In this document: one piece after another, positions 26,370-42,139 of the stretch
Layout: each line of letters starts with the position of its first letter
Position numbering within the stretch: position 1 is the stretch's first letter
DNA from: Heteronotia binoei
Taxonomy: Eukaryota
Reading direction: 5' to 3'
Assembly: GCF_032191835.1 (NCBI RefSeq)
Contig: NC_083223.1
Location: 245,520,001 to 245,584,000, forward strand
Length of the DNA stretch: 64,000 bases
Made by a program: the position numbers and the translations under genes
Notes under the pieces: model-generated
The model's database searches: none
Told to the model about the DNA's origin: nothing
Seen by the model: the letters and a program-made list of their open reading frames with translations, nothing else

Positions 26370-27141
26370 TAGAATCATAGAGTTGGAAGGGACCTCCAGG
26401 GTCTAGTCCAACCCCCTGCACAATGCAGGAAACTCACAAATACCTCTCCCTAAATTCACTTCATTGCTGTCAGATGGCAATCTAGCCTCTGTTTAAAAAC
26501 CTCCAAGGAAGGAGAGTTCACCATAAGAACATAAGAGAAGCCATGTTGGATCAGGCCAATGGCCCATCCAGTCCAACACTCTGTCACAGTGGCCAAAAAA
26601 ATTATATATATACACACACACACACACTGTGGCTAATAGCCACTGATGGACCTCTGCTCCATATTTTTATCTAACCCCCTCTTGAAGCTGTCTATGCTTG
26701 TAGCCGCCACCACCTCCTGTGGCAGTGAATTCCACACGTTAATCACCCTTTGGGTGAAGAAGTACTTCCTTTTATCTGTTTTAACCTGACTGCTTAGCAA
26801 TTTCATCGAATGCCCATGAGTTCTTGTATTGAACCTCCTGAGGAAGCCTGTTCCACTGAAGAACTGCTCTAATGGTCAGGAAGTTCTTCCTAATGTTGAG
26901 CCGGAAACTCTTTTGATTTAATTTCAACCCACTGGTTCTGGTCCTACCTTCTGGGGCCACAGAAAACAATTCCACACCATCCTCTATATGACAGCCCTTC
27001 AAGTACTTGAAGATGGTGATCATATCACCCCTCAACCACCTCTTCTCCAGGCTAAACATGCCCAGCTCCTTCAACCTTTCTTCATAGGACTTGGTCTCCA
27101 GACCCCTCACCATCTTCATTGCCCTCCTCTAGACCCGTTCC
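26370..27141 (-). mobile_element. CR1 LINE 3' fragment (agaatcat-type tail) interrupted by a second CR1 subfamily 3' end at about 26523-26831
   Basis: ORF 26781..27119 (YEERLKELGMFSLEKR...GVELFS); the nested piece matches 60943-61255. Confidence 0.9.
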
Positions 27142-27301
27142 GATCATTTGGACTCGAGACCCAACCTGATCATTTATGATCCCCAACACAGAAGTCCCTG
27201 TCCCCATGAAACTCTGCTCTTGGGGCACCATCTCCGAAGCAGAGGGCAGCCATCTCCTCTCCCCCACCCCCATGCTATGACCCACAGTCAAGGCATTGTT
27301 A

Positions 27302-27751
<450 letters not shown>

Positions 27752-30700
27752 TCACATATGGCAGAGAGGTGTGGTAAGACCCCAAATAAGGGCCTTTGTA
27801 AGGGATGAGTCGATTTCCCCACCTCTGTAGGGATTTATTTTTTTATTCCAGGACTTTTGTTCTGACAAATGTTCTACTAAACTATGTGGAATTTTGAGAA
27901 GCAGAAACCAAGGAATAAAGAGAAGGCATTCCATCTCTCTTTTTTTTTGGGGGGGGGGGGGGATAGGGTATGAAGACCAAGAAAAGCACAGCCATGTGAA
28001 TAGAAATCCCTTTCAAAATTTGCCTGTTGAAATTCTTAAAGATATATGTCTTGGGCACACGACAGGATAATTTCGAAGGGGATTCTTTCTACTTTATTTT
28101 TATTTGCATTCATATTGTAGCACATGGCTATGCTCTTTCTTGAGGGGCCTAAATATCAGGATTGCAGAAACACTTATCTGTGGGACTTCATTTTTCCCTG
28201 GAAGAGCTGCCTTTGGGAAGCTGGATCCAGACTGGATTGCAAAAATTGACTCTAGCAGGTTTTTGCAGTTCTTTCTAGTGTGAACTGTGGTAGCCGGTTT
28301 GTATCGGCGAGATAACAACAGCTGCATCATTGAAGATTTAGTGTTGTGTGGGGCCGAGCCTGAGCCGAAAGAGTAGGAGGTTGTTTTGTTGCCAGAAAGG
28401 GCAAAGATGAAAACCTTAAAAAAAAAAAAGCAGCTATGGTTGCCTGCTGTTGAGTATCTGAAACTGGCATCCACTTGAGGAGCAGTAAGGAACAAATTAA
28501 TTTAATTTCCGATGCAGCTGTACTGCCATATTTAAAATATGATTCAAAGGCAGAATCCCTCTAACAAATTCTTGGAGAGTAACAAACACCATTTCCAGAT
28601 TAGGGGCTGGTTTAGAAGAAAAGCTGCATCTGTGAAAGTGATCATGAGCCTGAAAAACACAAGCTGTTGAGAACGCACCAAAATCTATCAATGGACCTGG
28701 TCTGTCTTAATGTTTCAACCAGTCCATTGTACCATGGAGGGTCATGCCTGTCTCACTGCAACAGGGCTTGGGATAAAGAGGGCCCTAAATTATCACTAAG
28801 ACTGCCCTGCCCTCCAAAACATGCAGCAGAAAAGCAAGCTTGACTCCAGAGACACACAGACATATACACACAGCCACCATTCCCCAGCCATGCCCCTGCT
28901 GCCAGGGGAAGGGGGAAAGGGGTTAGCAGAAGGAAAGCTCAAACCTGCACGCTGATGCCAAGAGCATGCAAAAGAGGCAGTGGGATGGCATTCCTCATTC
29001 ACGGCGGGGAGAAGAAAACTGGACCCAGATTGATTACCTGGTCAGATATCCATGCTACCTTTGCCCCGATGAGTGATCAACCAACCCTATCCCAGGCAAA
29101 CACATAGCTCAGGCTGGATTATCAAGGCTGGTTCTGGCATACCACAAAACTAGCCACCCTAGATCTCTAGCTCAATTTTGTTGAGCCTGTGGGCAGTTCT
29201 GGAATTTCTGAGAATGAATCCAATCACAAAATATTGGGAGGCTGCAAGTCATGCATCCTTCTGCATCAGAGGCAACTTTCTGAACTGTTGCTCCTTGCCT
29301 CCTGGGTTCTTCAGGAGTACTTCCTGTTCCTTTGAAATAGCAGAAAGCTAGGGCTGCCTCTCTGCTTTAGAAGAGGATGCTAAAGGGTGCACCTGTGGTG
29401 AGTGCAATGGCATTGCATTGGGGATGTTGGAACTACTTGACCCGAAGTTTATGGGAACACTCTGTCTTCTCACAGTGGAGACTCCACAGAATGACCACTT
29501 CTGAGCCTTATGAAGGGATGGAAGACCCCCAAAAAAGTTTGCTTGGTGACAAGCAACATTTATTGACTGGTCACTGGACTCTGCTGAAGATAGCACACTT
29601 ATTTCAATGTTGCTCTTTCTAGCTACACAGAAAACTTTTCCACAGAGAATTGAGCTTGCAACACGCTTATGTTCTTGTGTGTCCTTATTAGCTCCACTGG
29701 TATTGTCCAAAATTTGAAAATTTGAATCAAAAGCTTTCTGGCTTAGCTATCATAACCTTTGTTGTTAGGCCGTAGAGTAGAGAAAGAAGGGACAAATATT
29801 GTTCCCATTGGTTCCTTCTGACCTGATGTGAATATAAAAGTTTACAGGTCAGACTTGGCCTGGACACCAGCCAGATTCTGGCTTTACTTATGTGGTTCCT
29901 AGTCTTGTTTTTGGGTCTCAGATCCTGGACTGCTTTGGATCTGGTTTTTCAGTCCACCTTCCCTTGGCTCTATCCTTCTGGAATTGGTACCTTCACCTCT
30001 TCACATGTGCATTTGCACTAGTAGTCCCTCAATGAAAGGAGAATGTCCTCCTCATGAATCCAAATGTCTATCCTTACAGAAGTTGGCTGAATGCAGCAAT
30101 GAATCTGATGACTTTGCCTTCAGCACAGCACATTGGTCAAGGTTTCTTGATTAATCCATTCAAGCTCAACAGGGAGCTGGGAGGAACAGAGAAGTTATCA
30201 ATCCAGTTCATACATTGTGTCGCAACTAACCCAGATTTCCCACTTAGAGAGCTTTAGCCACTTCTGTCTTAACTAACAAATGCTCCTGCATGAGGTACAT
30301 ATTTCCAAAAACCTCTTTTCCTCTCCGCATTTCACATTTTCAGACGTATACCCAAGCCATCCAAGGGGTATATCAAAAACGTAATGTACAGACTGACTAG
30401 ACCAGGGTTGAGAGGGGTTCATATCAGATGACTCTGAATCTGCATTCTTTTTAAGGATGTCCGCGCTAACCCCCCTTCTGCTTGGGGATTTCTTTTTCTA
30501 AAAAATAAATAAATCCAAACAACAAAAAAGCAGCAGCCCTGTTCACAAGTTACAGTGAATTCACAGCCAGTGAGGTTTCTTTATATATGTGTCGAGTAAT
30601 TCTTGTGTTCCATTCAACGCATGTACAGTTTAACATGGGATTTAAACTCACCTTTATTCAGGCCCTGGTCCCCAGTTTCATTTATAAATTGAATGCATGT

Positions 30701-31032
30701 TGGCTTTCTTGCAAACAGATGTGTGCATGTACATGTGTCCACTGTAACACATGAACAAGGCTATTGTCTGCATAGATGGACCAATATCCTAAGAGTTCCA
30801 CAGATCTCCTGCTTGAACTCATTATGGAAAGAAGCCATGGTTGAAACCTGGTCTCTTTGTCTCTACCAGCAAGTTGCCATAAGCTATCAATTTGCTCTAG
30901 GTGCCCCAATGGGTAGTGTCCAGTAATGGGCAAGCAAAGGATCCGAGGGTAACTGCCCCGTGCATCCTCCTCCCCCACCAGACCAGACCCGCCCCAAGGA
31001 GGGGCCGTGCAAGAAGCATCCGTTGTCAATTA

Positions 31033-31466
<434 letters not shown>

Positions 31467-32864
31467 CTGGCGAGGAGGAAGGGAGACAAGGGATGAGCCT
31501 GAGCGAAGAGGGGGTAAGGCTGCCTAATGCGGGTACAGGCTCCCCATTGGACACAGACACACAGACACACATTCTCTTTTTTAGGGCCTTCAGGGAATAG
31601 CTGAACAGCTGGAATGGGGCCACTGTGTTCTGGTATAACCTTGCTTTCTCTCAGCAAAACCCAAATTATACAGGGCCTGCAAATCAGAGCTCTTCCACCA
31701 GGCCTTCAAATGAGGCAGCGGATGTCGCCTTTTAGTGGCCTCCACCTCTCTGGCGACTGGTAATTGATGGACCTTGAGGCCTTACTGGCTGTGATTGCTG
31801 GAGCAGAGTCCTAAGTTGGTATCTCAGTTATTATATTGTAATTTTTAATCCTGTTTTAATTGCAATTTTAACTCTGTTGTAACCAGCGGTCATTTTGTAC
31901 AAAAATAGGTGGTGGAGCTCATCCAAGGATTGTTATACAGCTGCAATACTACTCAATGGACAAAGAGGTGGAACTCTCAGAAGGAGGAGGAGGAACTCTC
32001 AGAAAGGTTCAGGAACTGTGCTCCTGTGAGCTCCCACTGAATCTGAGGCCTGGTTGTAACCTACCCTGAGCCCTCTTGGGAAGGGCAGGATTTAAGTCAA
32101 AGGAAATAAACAAACACACACACAAACAAAAATTAAGGCATCCTCTAGAAGTGGTGCAAGGATGTTAAAAAATTCAGACAGGTTTTTCCAGGGCCAGAGA
32201 TGGGCAAGATGTAGTTTAATCAATGTAGTAGGGGCTTTGTGGTCGTCTAACATACTGTCTGGTTGATCCAAGTCCTGAACTGTATGGCTCAAGCTAGATT
32301 GATCTTTCCAGATTTGGAAAGCCAAGAAGGATGACCTGGAGACCCTTAAGAAAGGCAAATGTTGCTCTTCAGAGGAAGACAATGGCAACCCACTTCTGCT
32401 CCTTGCTTGACTTGAAAACCCTACGGGGTTGTCTGCAACTAGACAGCACTTTTCATCACCATCTGGTTCATCAAGTGCATTTTTTGCCACCAAGGAGGCC
32501 ATTATTTAGATGTCCCCCTCCATTGGAATACCACAGCAATAGGCTAAGAAGATTCCTACTAGTCAGGTGGACATCATTTAATGGTTATCTCAGCCATATA
32601 TAGAGAGCCAGATGGAAATGGAGCCAGATTCCAGGTGGCCATACTTCCTACTTTTTGAAAGCAGATTTGGGGACTAGCGCTCGGTCTCCCCTGCCGCCCC
32701 CCCCCCATTTCCAAAAGAGCAGTGTGGGCTAACTTTCCTGGAACTGGCCTATGGATGGTCCCCACCCTATCCCTTCAGGTAGGGGTCCCTGAAGTTTTGG
32801 CTGCATATGGAGCACAGCCAAATTTGAGGTTGAGGTCAAACCCCATTTTCTTATGAACTCATCT

Positions 32865-33039
32865 GCAGGAACTCATCTGCATATTAAGCCACACCCTCTG
32901 ATGTCATCATTGTTTTGCACAGGGCTTTTTAAAAAGAAAAGGCCCAGCAGGAACTCATTTGTATATTGGGCCACAGCTCCCGACACCAAGCCAGCTGGAA
33001 TTGCATTCCTGTGCGTTACTGTTCAAAAAAAAAGCCCTG
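32865..33039. mobile_element. hAT-type MITE (CAGGGCTTTTT TIR family), partial or composite
   Basis: cagggcttttt ... aaaaaagccctg; body shared with the 40430 copy. Confidence 0.7.
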
Positions 33040-33782
33040 CAAGCTTGTTAGGTGACCTCACACCAGTGTCTCAGCCTAACCTGCATTATAGTATTCTTGT
33101 GATGACCAAGAGAAGGGGAGAATTACATACACTTCTCTGAGCTCCCTGGAGGAACAGTGAAATAAAAAGATACTAAATAAATAGCCCATAACACAAGGAA
33201 CAACTTTAAGTAGTATCCCCAACAGATGTGCTCCATTGTGGGGATGAGTACCATTCCAACATTTCATTCCTTTATTGTTCTCGGAAGCCTGCTCTATATT
33301 GTGCTTTGTGCTTCCTGAATGCCAAATTAACCAGGAGAATTTGTCAAATTAATTCTAGAATTAAATCAGGCATAGCTTCCTGGGTCTTTGTGTTCCTTCA
33401 GAGCATTTGCATTTTCCACTCCTGTGTTACTGATGAGCATGTGTGCATTGACAAAGCAAAGCACTTTGAGTGTATGTATGGCTGCATCACTAGGCACACA
33501 TGTATACCAGTGGACTGCTGAAAACACAGTTCACAATCATGATACAAGTCATGCCAAGACACCTTCTCTGCAGATTTTTTTTTACAAATATCCATGAATA
33601 ACTAGAAGGGTAAACATTTGTATTTAATTCAGAAATTAAAAAAAGAAAGAAACAGTGGACTTCCACATGAAAACAGTTACCTGGAAAGCCAAGATCCACC
33701 AGAAATTCAGATGAGGAAATTTTGAATGTATCCCTCCTCCACTGTCATTTCAAAGAGAGCCTGAACAGAAACTTTGCATACA

Positions 33783-34158
33783 CAGTCCTAACCTCATCCT
33801 CCCTCTTACCCAGAGCTGATTCTCAGCCATTTGATAGCATGAAGTCAATACTGAGAAGATCCCCCCACCCAATTTCCCTGTATTCCAGTATGGGAGAAGT
33901 CTGCAGTGAGATGGTGTCCTGCAAAAAGTCTGAACACTGAATCAAGTCCTAACCTCATCCTCCCTCTCACCCAGACCTGATTCTCAGTCATATTTGATAG
34001 CATGAAGTCAATACTGATTGATAGCATGAAGTCAATACTGATTCTCAGCCCTATTTGATAGCATGAAGTCAACACTGAGAAGAATCCCCCCCACCACAAT
34101 TTCCCTGTATTGGGAGAAGACTGCAGTGAATGGTGTCCTGCAAGAAGTCTGAAAACTG
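33783..34158. repeat. Local tandem duplication (about 160-bp unit) with internal re-duplication of gatagcatgaagtcaatactg
   Basis: Direct comparison of 33783-33938 with 33945-34158. Confidence 0.9.
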
Positions 34159-35526
34159 TGTCATCAAGAGGATTGGATCCAAACTAACTTTTCTGCTCAC
34201 ATCAGGCACTTCCATTAAACATCCCTGCCACCCCCTCCCACTGACCTCCCCAAAAAGTTGCTCCTGTGGAACAGCATATCTTTAGGAATGCAGCAGGAGA
34301 AGGACTTGCTGGAAGTTACCCCATGCCTCCTGCTAGAAGAAAATTTAGTCTGGATCCAACCTAGTGAGTTGCCCCCTCCAGATGAACTAGAACATTTGCA
34401 AAATTATTGTCACCTCCATGAAACTGCACAGGGTTATCCTTACCAAGCCAATAAGGCCAGTGAAAAGCAACCCTTCCTCTCCAAGCTGCTTCACCAGTTA
34501 CCAAATTCCCACAAAGAAGTTGGCTCCCTGTAGAAATCTGGAAACAGGTGATGTAGCCCTCAGAGGGTGATTTTCAGAGACATATGCAACATATATCCAT
34601 TGCTCAGACAGTCATCTACATTTTCTTACGCCCATACCAACTATGATATTTTATATTACTATAGCAGTTTAGATCATGAGAGCTGCTTAAGAGCCAAAGA
34701 AAAGCACAGCAGCCAAATGTCCATATACTCCAAAATCCCATTTCCTACCATGGCCAGCCAGATGATGCCAAGAAACCCACAAGAATGGCATGAAAGTATT
34801 AATGACCCTGCCATAGCTGGCTCCCAGAATTTGCTTGTCTTTGAACATGCAGGGTACAAGCATCCATCATGGCCACTAGGTGTTGAAAGATATACCCACC
34901 TCCATGAATTTGCCTAGTTCTTTTTTAAAGCCGTCTATAGCAATGGCCCTCAATACAGTGTGCTGGTGAACTGCAAAGGTTATTTATGCATCATATATAT
35001 AAGTATTTCCTTTGGGTTGTTCTGAATTTGCTGTGCACTGTTTTTTTCTAGTGACCTTGAGTTATGTAGCATATGATATGATGATATATGATGCAAAGTA
35101 TAAGATGATATATGATGCAAAGTAGGAGAACATAACTTCTGTTCTCCTTCTACTTTGCATTATATATCATCATATAGCTCTCAGTCATATGCCCTTTGTT
35201 GTTCCTCGCCCCCAGCTAAAAAGCCCCAAAGGCTTTGGCCTTCCCTTTTATGGAAGGTGTGCCAACATTTTACCGAAGCCCAATATCCATGATAAGGGAC
35301 TTTTCTAACGATCTCTCCTCTCTGTGCATGACCTACTCTGGCCCCTTCAGTTATTAAACACCACCTTACACACTCACTACCAACTTCCATCTTTGGTCCT
35401 TCCTACACCATCTATCCTTCCCTCCCTTCTGCTCCTGTATGGTCTTCATAGGTTCCAGCACAACTCAGCCACAGGGACCTCAAGATGAAGTTCTCCCTCT
35501 CTCCCTCCTTCCCCAGCAGAGAATTA

Positions 35527-35676
<150 letters not shown>

Positions 35677-36496
35677 TCAACATGTTGCCCTTCAGTTATG
35701 GCAGCTCCATGCCTCTGAAGCTAACACCATCTTTGGAGATCTCCTTTAATTGGAAGAACTTTCTTTTCCAGAAGGTCTTTAGGTTACACTGATGGTAGGT
35801 GTTGCTGGTTCTGTTTACAATTTTGTTTCTGATTGTGACCATAATTTCTGTTTTTTTCTATACTTATAATGGCATTTTATTTTGCTTATTGGTTTTATTA
35901 TGAATGTTTTTTGTGTTTGAAATATGCTGCAAACCATTTTGAGTACCCTTTTGAGTACCATTTTGAGTCTAAAAAGCCATAAAATAATACATTTTTGGTT
36001 TGGTTTCCAACACATTCCCAAATCATCCTTGTCGCCCTAACGATAAAAAGGTTCTGAGATTAAAAACATCAGGAGAGTCCTGGAGGATCAGACCATCTAT
36101 TTACTGCACCATCCCATTTCCAACAAAGGCAAGGCAGAGTCTTCCAGGAAACCCACAAACAGATTGTGAAGACAAGAGACCTGCACCATTGCCCTCCAGC
36201 ACCTAGTATAGCCTCTGAAGTTGGGAGGGGGTTCCATTTAACAATGGTGACCAACAGCCGCTGATAGAGTTACACTCTTCCATGTAACTATCATATCCCT
36301 TTCATATCTGCCTAGGTCAGAAGTGGACAAACTGCGGCTTGGGAAACACATGTGGTTCTTTCACACATCTTGTGTGGCTCTCAAAGCCCCCACTACCCCA
36401 TCAGTTGTCTTGGAGAAAGCATTTCTTTCTTTAAATCACTTCCCCATGCCAAGTCATTTAAAGTTAAAGTTAAATGCATTTAAAGTTAAAGTTGCT

Positions 36497-36565
36497 TTCC
36501 TTCCTTCCTTCCTTCCTTCCTTCCTTCCTTCCTTCCTTCCTTCCTTCCTTCCTTCCTCCCTTCCT
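36497..36565. repeat. (TTCC)n microsatellite
   Basis: Direct reading. Confidence 0.98.
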
Positions 36566-36746
36566 TCTCTCAAATATCTGATTCTTGTATTTTTAGGCTC
36601 TCGAACATCTGATGTTTATTCTATGTGGCTCTTACATTAAGCAAGTGGCCACCTCTGGTCTAGGTCAAAGGTCTACATCTTGTGGTAACATTTGAATCAT
36701 GCTACTGAGGGCTAAGATAGAATCAAGAATCTTGGGTGTGAGGCTA

Positions 36747-36923
<177 letters not shown>

Positions 36924-37394
36924 CTATGGAATCAAGCTGGCTAGTACAATATTATCTCTTCTGACTAACAGTGTGGTCTCCAGAATTTCAGGCAAATAAT
37001 GGTCTTTCCCAGTATCTGCCACCTGAGATCTATTGAATGACAATGCTACAGACTGAATTGGGACAGTCCACATATAAAATTTATGCTCCAAAATGAAGCC
37101 ACAGCCCCTCTCCAAGAGCACAGCATAAAGAAATACCTACTTGCTTCACCAGAACTCATACATATATGACTTTTGGAACACTGCTCTCTGGTTATGATTG
37201 AACATGGTATGCATAATGAAATCATGACAAGCCAAATTCTGCGTTAAATCAGGGGGAGAATTTATATGTATTGGGAATATCGAAATGCACACTCCTGTAT
37301 TCTTATCTTTTTCTTGTTTAAATTAAAACTTCATTGGTAGTTTTTAAAAATTACCTTCTATGTAGCTCTCATGTATTTCGTTACATGCTCTACG

Positions 37395-37992
37395 CAGGGG
37401 TGTCAAACTCATTTGTTATGAGGGCCTGATCTGACATAAATGAGACCTTGTCAGGCCAGGCCATGTTGGGCTGGGCCATGTGTACCTATTTATGATTAGG
37501 TAGCAAAGATATAAACTTTATACAGGACACAGACAAACACAATTAAATATATATATTTTAAAAAACCAAACTTAAAACATGCTTAAAACGTTAGTACTCA
37601 TTGGTCTTAAAGGTGCTTTCTTTGTACCTCTCCTGTGCAATCCAGGGAACTTGGCAAAAGAAGCTCTGGTTCTTTCCTTCCCTCCCCAGGGGATCATTTG
37701 GAGAAGGAGTTTCAGCCAGTAGAAGGAAGAGAGGCTTGACACAGTAGCTCTGCTGTGCAATTGAGAGAACCTGGCAAAGCAAGCTCTACCTCCCCCCTTC
37801 TTCCTCAAGGGAGGAGCCTCAGTCAATGGAGACAATAGAGGCTTTGCTCTGCAGCTCCTGTGTGATTAAGCAAATCTTGCATAGCAAGTTGCTATCAGAA
37901 GCAAGCAATAGAGAGAGAGAAGGAAGCAGATGACAGCCAGTTGCTCGGTGGCCTGATAGGAACCCTCCAGGGCCACAAGTTTGACACCCCTG
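37395..37992. mobile_element. Non-autonomous hAT (Charlie-like) DNA transposon
   Basis: TIR CAGGGGTGTCAAACT / AGTTTGACACCCCTG; TSD about ctctac(a)g. Confidence 0.88.
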
Positions 37993-38565
37993 CTCTACAG
38001 GGTCATACTGACACTGCCTATTATGTGAGATACAATATCTAATTGGCAATGGTCCTCTGTATCCGTAATGACAAAGGCCCCATCCTTACAAAAATATCCC
38101 ATCCTCTTTTTCAAAGTTTGTTAAATAACCTGTTTTTCCTCTTGCCATCAAATTATGCCAAGCCTGTTATGTATTCTCAATGTCTTTGATTACCAGCTCT
38201 TCAAATTCTTTAATCTTCAAGTCATTATGGGATAAAATAAATGCTGATTGAGATTTCTGGCTTTAATTACCTCAGTTCAGACTATCTGTGTCATCTTCTG
38301 TTATAGTTTGTACACCATTTGAATGAGGGGCTGGCATAAAAGAATGACCTTTCCAAGGAACCTACCTCTCGTAATCAGTAAATATTTGATTTGTCAAATT
38401 AATCAGCAACTGGTTAACATTTTTTTTCCCTGTGTGTGTGTGTGTGTGTGTCTGTATCTGATGGCTTTGGCATAATTTAACAGAAGGAAAGAAATACTGA
38501 GAAGAGAAGCTCCTCAGCCAAAGGTTTCAGTTGTGCCCTCACAACTCAAGCCAAAGCCCACTTAC

Positions 38566-38726
38566 CATTTTCATCCTCCAGTTCTGTGGGGCCAGTGAAG
38601 ACTCGGTTGACAACCTTCACTCTGCCACCAGGACCATAGTGGGGACCATCAAGTTTACCCTCTTTGCATAGCTTGGACAGAATCTGAGTGGGCTTTTGGG
38701 GGTCTCGCCAAATATTATAACCATGA
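38566..38726 (-). CDS. OTOF: OTOF exon, 161 nt, [53 protein letters not shown]
   Basis: cacag|T ... G|gtaag; phase 2 to 1. Confidence 0.96.
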
Positions 38727-39214
38727 CTGTGGAGAAAAATAGAAGACAGTCAGAGAGAAGGTCTGAGATACCTAGTTCCTTAACTAGTCCATCATTCAGT
38801 CCTTGCAAGCCCTCATAGACCAGTACATCTCAATCTCATATGCTTCAATGGTCCCAGCTTTACATAAACACCCGTCACATTACCAACAATATCTTAAAAT
38901 AATCAACAAAGCCTGTTGTTTTCTGAAGTAAATTTCACATGAAAGGCCCCAGACTCTATATCAAAGTCCAGAGCGCTAATAGAGTATGAATCTGCTAATG
39001 AATCTGGACAATATCCAAAGCAGAATTATGTACATTTTAAGTCTTGTTGGACTGTGGCCTGTCATGTGTCCTAAGGGAGGTATCCCTAGCAGCCATCTTG
39101 GCTTCAGTCACAGAGACCTAAAATGGTCACCATAGGAGATTAACTGCAGACAAGCACAAAACCTAAGTACCACCACATACAGCTCTGTGGGTCAAGAACA
39201 GGTAGGTATTCTTA

Positions 39215-39493
<279 letters not shown>

Positions 39494-39985
39494 TTATAGG
39501 GACCCAAAGCAGTGATCATATTAAGCCATTTTCATCTGAGCTACACAGGCTTCCAATCTGTTTTCAAACTAAACACACATGACCTTGAAACCTCCTAAAT
39601 GATTTAGGCCCAGAGCATGTGATTGTCTGCCTCCATTTGTATTAGCACACTGAGGCTTGAAATGTCTCGTGGAGGCCTTCCTCTGGGAATCTTGGCAGAA
39701 GTTTGGCAGGTGGGAACCCAGGGGAGGGTGTCTTGGGCTGTTTCTCCCTCCCAGTTGTAGACTTCCTCCCTCCAGAGTGGTGAATGACGATTTCCCTGAA
39801 GTTCTTCAGCATGAGTTTGAGGATCTGCTTTTCCAGATTATCATTCAACTGGATTAATGAATACTCCAGGGGCAGTAGATAGTTAGCACTGCTGAAAATG
39901 GTTTGCTATGTGATGTTTGGATGTATTGGATTTTCACTGTATTTGACTGAGCATGCTGAAAGTCACCTTAGGGAGTTTTTGCATA

Positions 39986-40066
39986 GGAAGGAAGGAAGGA
40001 AGGAAGGAAGGAAGGAAGGAAGGAAGGAAGGAAGGAAGGAAGGAAGGAAGGAAGGAAGGAAGGAAG
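39986..40066. repeat. (GAAG)n microsatellite
   Basis: Direct reading. Confidence 0.98.
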
Positions 40067-40429
40067 CAAGCTATCTTATATTGAATCAGATCATTGGTCC
40101 ATCAGGGTCAGTATTATCTACTCAGACTGGCAGCAACTGTCCAGGGTCTGAAGTCTTTCACATCACCTAACTGCTTGGTCCTTGTAACTGGAGATGCTAG
40201 GGATTGAACCTGGGACCTTCTGCATGCAAAGCAGAGGCTTTTCCACTGAACCACATCTCTGTGGGATCAGGGTTGGTTCAAGATGTTTTGGCATCTGAGG
40301 CTAAAAAAAGCAAAAATGCCCCTTTGCACTCTTGCCACCAAAAATGAACATATCCCCATAACTGACAATTATATCCCATAACTGGCAATTTGTGGCCATT
40401 TAAATCATACTCCTTCTATTTGCTACAAG

Positions 40430-40627
40430 CAGGGCTTTTTTTGTAGAAAAATCCCAGAAGGAACTCATTTGCATATTAGGCCACACCTCCTGACATCACC
40501 ATTGTTTTGTGCTGGACTTTTTTGTAGAAAAAGTCCAGCAAGAATTCATTTGCATATTAGGCCAACCCCCTGACACCAAGTTAGCCGGAACTGCATTTCT
40601 GTGCATTCCTGCTCAAAAAAAGTCCTA
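40430..40627. mobile_element. hAT MITE with internal duplication and two octamer motifs
   Basis: TIR cagggcttttttt / aaaaaaagtccta; 8-bp TSD gctacaag / gttacaag. Confidence 0.85.
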
Positions 40628-40701
40628 GTTACAAGATAGGTCTGGCCACGGTTGGGGGTTTTGTGCTATTCCGCAACACAAACATCGGTAAGGCTCCCTT
40701 A

Positions 40702-40878
<177 letters not shown>

Positions 40879-40974
40879 CTAGAGAGCCATATTAAAAACA
40901 GATGGCACAATCCCACTACCCAGGGGGGCAGTCTGAAGCCACAACAAATCCTGTTTCTGATCCTGCTGTATCAA

Positions 40975-41290
40975 CAGAAGTAGTGTCCAGATTATGCAAA
41001 GTGATGGTATCACTTCACTCTGCTCTGGTTAGACCTCACCTGGAGTATTGTGTTCAGTTTTGGGCACCACAATTTAAGAAGGATACAGACAAGCTAGAAA
41101 GTGTCCAGAGGACAACAACAAAGATGATGTGGGGTCTGGAGACCAAGTCTCACCATCTTCGTCGCCCTCCTCTGGACCCATTACAACTTGACTATATCCT
41201 TCTTAAAATGACGCTGGAGGTCCCTTCCAACTCGAGGATTCAATGATTCTGTGATTATGTGTCACATGAAGAAGTATCACATGAAGTATG
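40975..41290 (+). mobile_element. Internally deleted CR1 fragment
   Basis: ALVRPHLEYCVQFWAPQFKKD in ORF 40902..41246; tail gattctgtgatt. Confidence 0.88.
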
Positions 41291-41311
41291 ATTATGTGTC
41301 ACATGAAGGAG

Positions 41312-41592
41312 AGCTAGTTTGGTGTAGTGGTTAAGTGTGTGGACTCTTATCTGGGAGAACCGGGTTTGATTCCCCATTCCTCCACTTGCAACTGATGGAA
41401 TGGCCTTGGGTCAGCCATAGCTCTGGCAGAAGTTGTCCTTGAAAGGGCAGCTGCTGGGAGAGCCCTCTCCAGCCCCACCCACCTCACAGGGTGTTTGTTG
41501 TGGGGGAGGAAGGTAAAGGAGATTGTGAGCTGCTCTGAGACTCTTCGGAGTGGAGGGCGGGATATAAATCCAATATCTTCTTCTTCTTCTTC
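41312..41592 (+). mobile_element. tRNA-derived SINE, near full length
   Basis: Head gctagtttggtgtagtggttaag; gggtttgattcccc; (CTT)n tail. Confidence 0.9.
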
Positions 41593-42139
41593 TATCTCAC
41601 TTTGTCTGTCTTGGATCGGCTGACCATCACTTTCAATGGGTATTCAAATGTTTTCTATCCAGTTTCTCCACACCACACATAATTGTATAATCCTCCCTTA
41701 GTTGTCTTTCTTGAAGTCGTGCCACAGAAGATACTGAGTCCCATCTTTTGACTTCAAGGGAGTAGGAATTCGGGCTGGGTCAGTCTTGCTTGCTTTTCCT
41801 CCTCCTGAAGATAATAGTCCTATAAAAAGTGCTCATTGATGTGGGTTCCCCCAACATTTTAAGAAGGATTGTGGTCCCCTTTTCTTGAGTAAAGAAGAAA
41901 TTTCCTCTTCACTCAGGAGAAAGGGGAACCATAATCTTTCTTAAAATGTGTGTGTGGGGGTCCAATTTGAACACAGCAGCAGTGAAGATTGGGGGGTCCC
42001 CCCCCTTTAACCCAGATGAGAAACTGAACTTCAAATTTGGGGAAGAACCCAAGCAGTGTTGCCTACAGAATTGTGAGGAGAAATGACAAAGAATTGTGAG
42101 GATAAAGATGGTTTGAAACAGTAACTGATTCGTTCTCAC

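Noticed and set aside
29348-29710. Possible retroelement or hidden exon ORFs
   Set aside because: No motif I could support in any frame.
30560-30640. Possible third C2F exon copy (WNT codons on -)
   Set aside because: The flanking translation (CVEWNTRITRH) lacks YELRV and GEK-SD, and no suitable splice sites are present.
30690-30740. TGCATG (RBFOX) cluster downstream of exon copy B
   Set aside because: The motifs are on the + strand and read CATGCA in OTOF RNA. True sense copies (28820, 28965, 29250) are about 2 kb away.
41312-41400. tRNA gene
   Set aside because: A SINE head: no cloverleaf or T-run terminator, and it continues into a repeated body. The same applies to the other copies.
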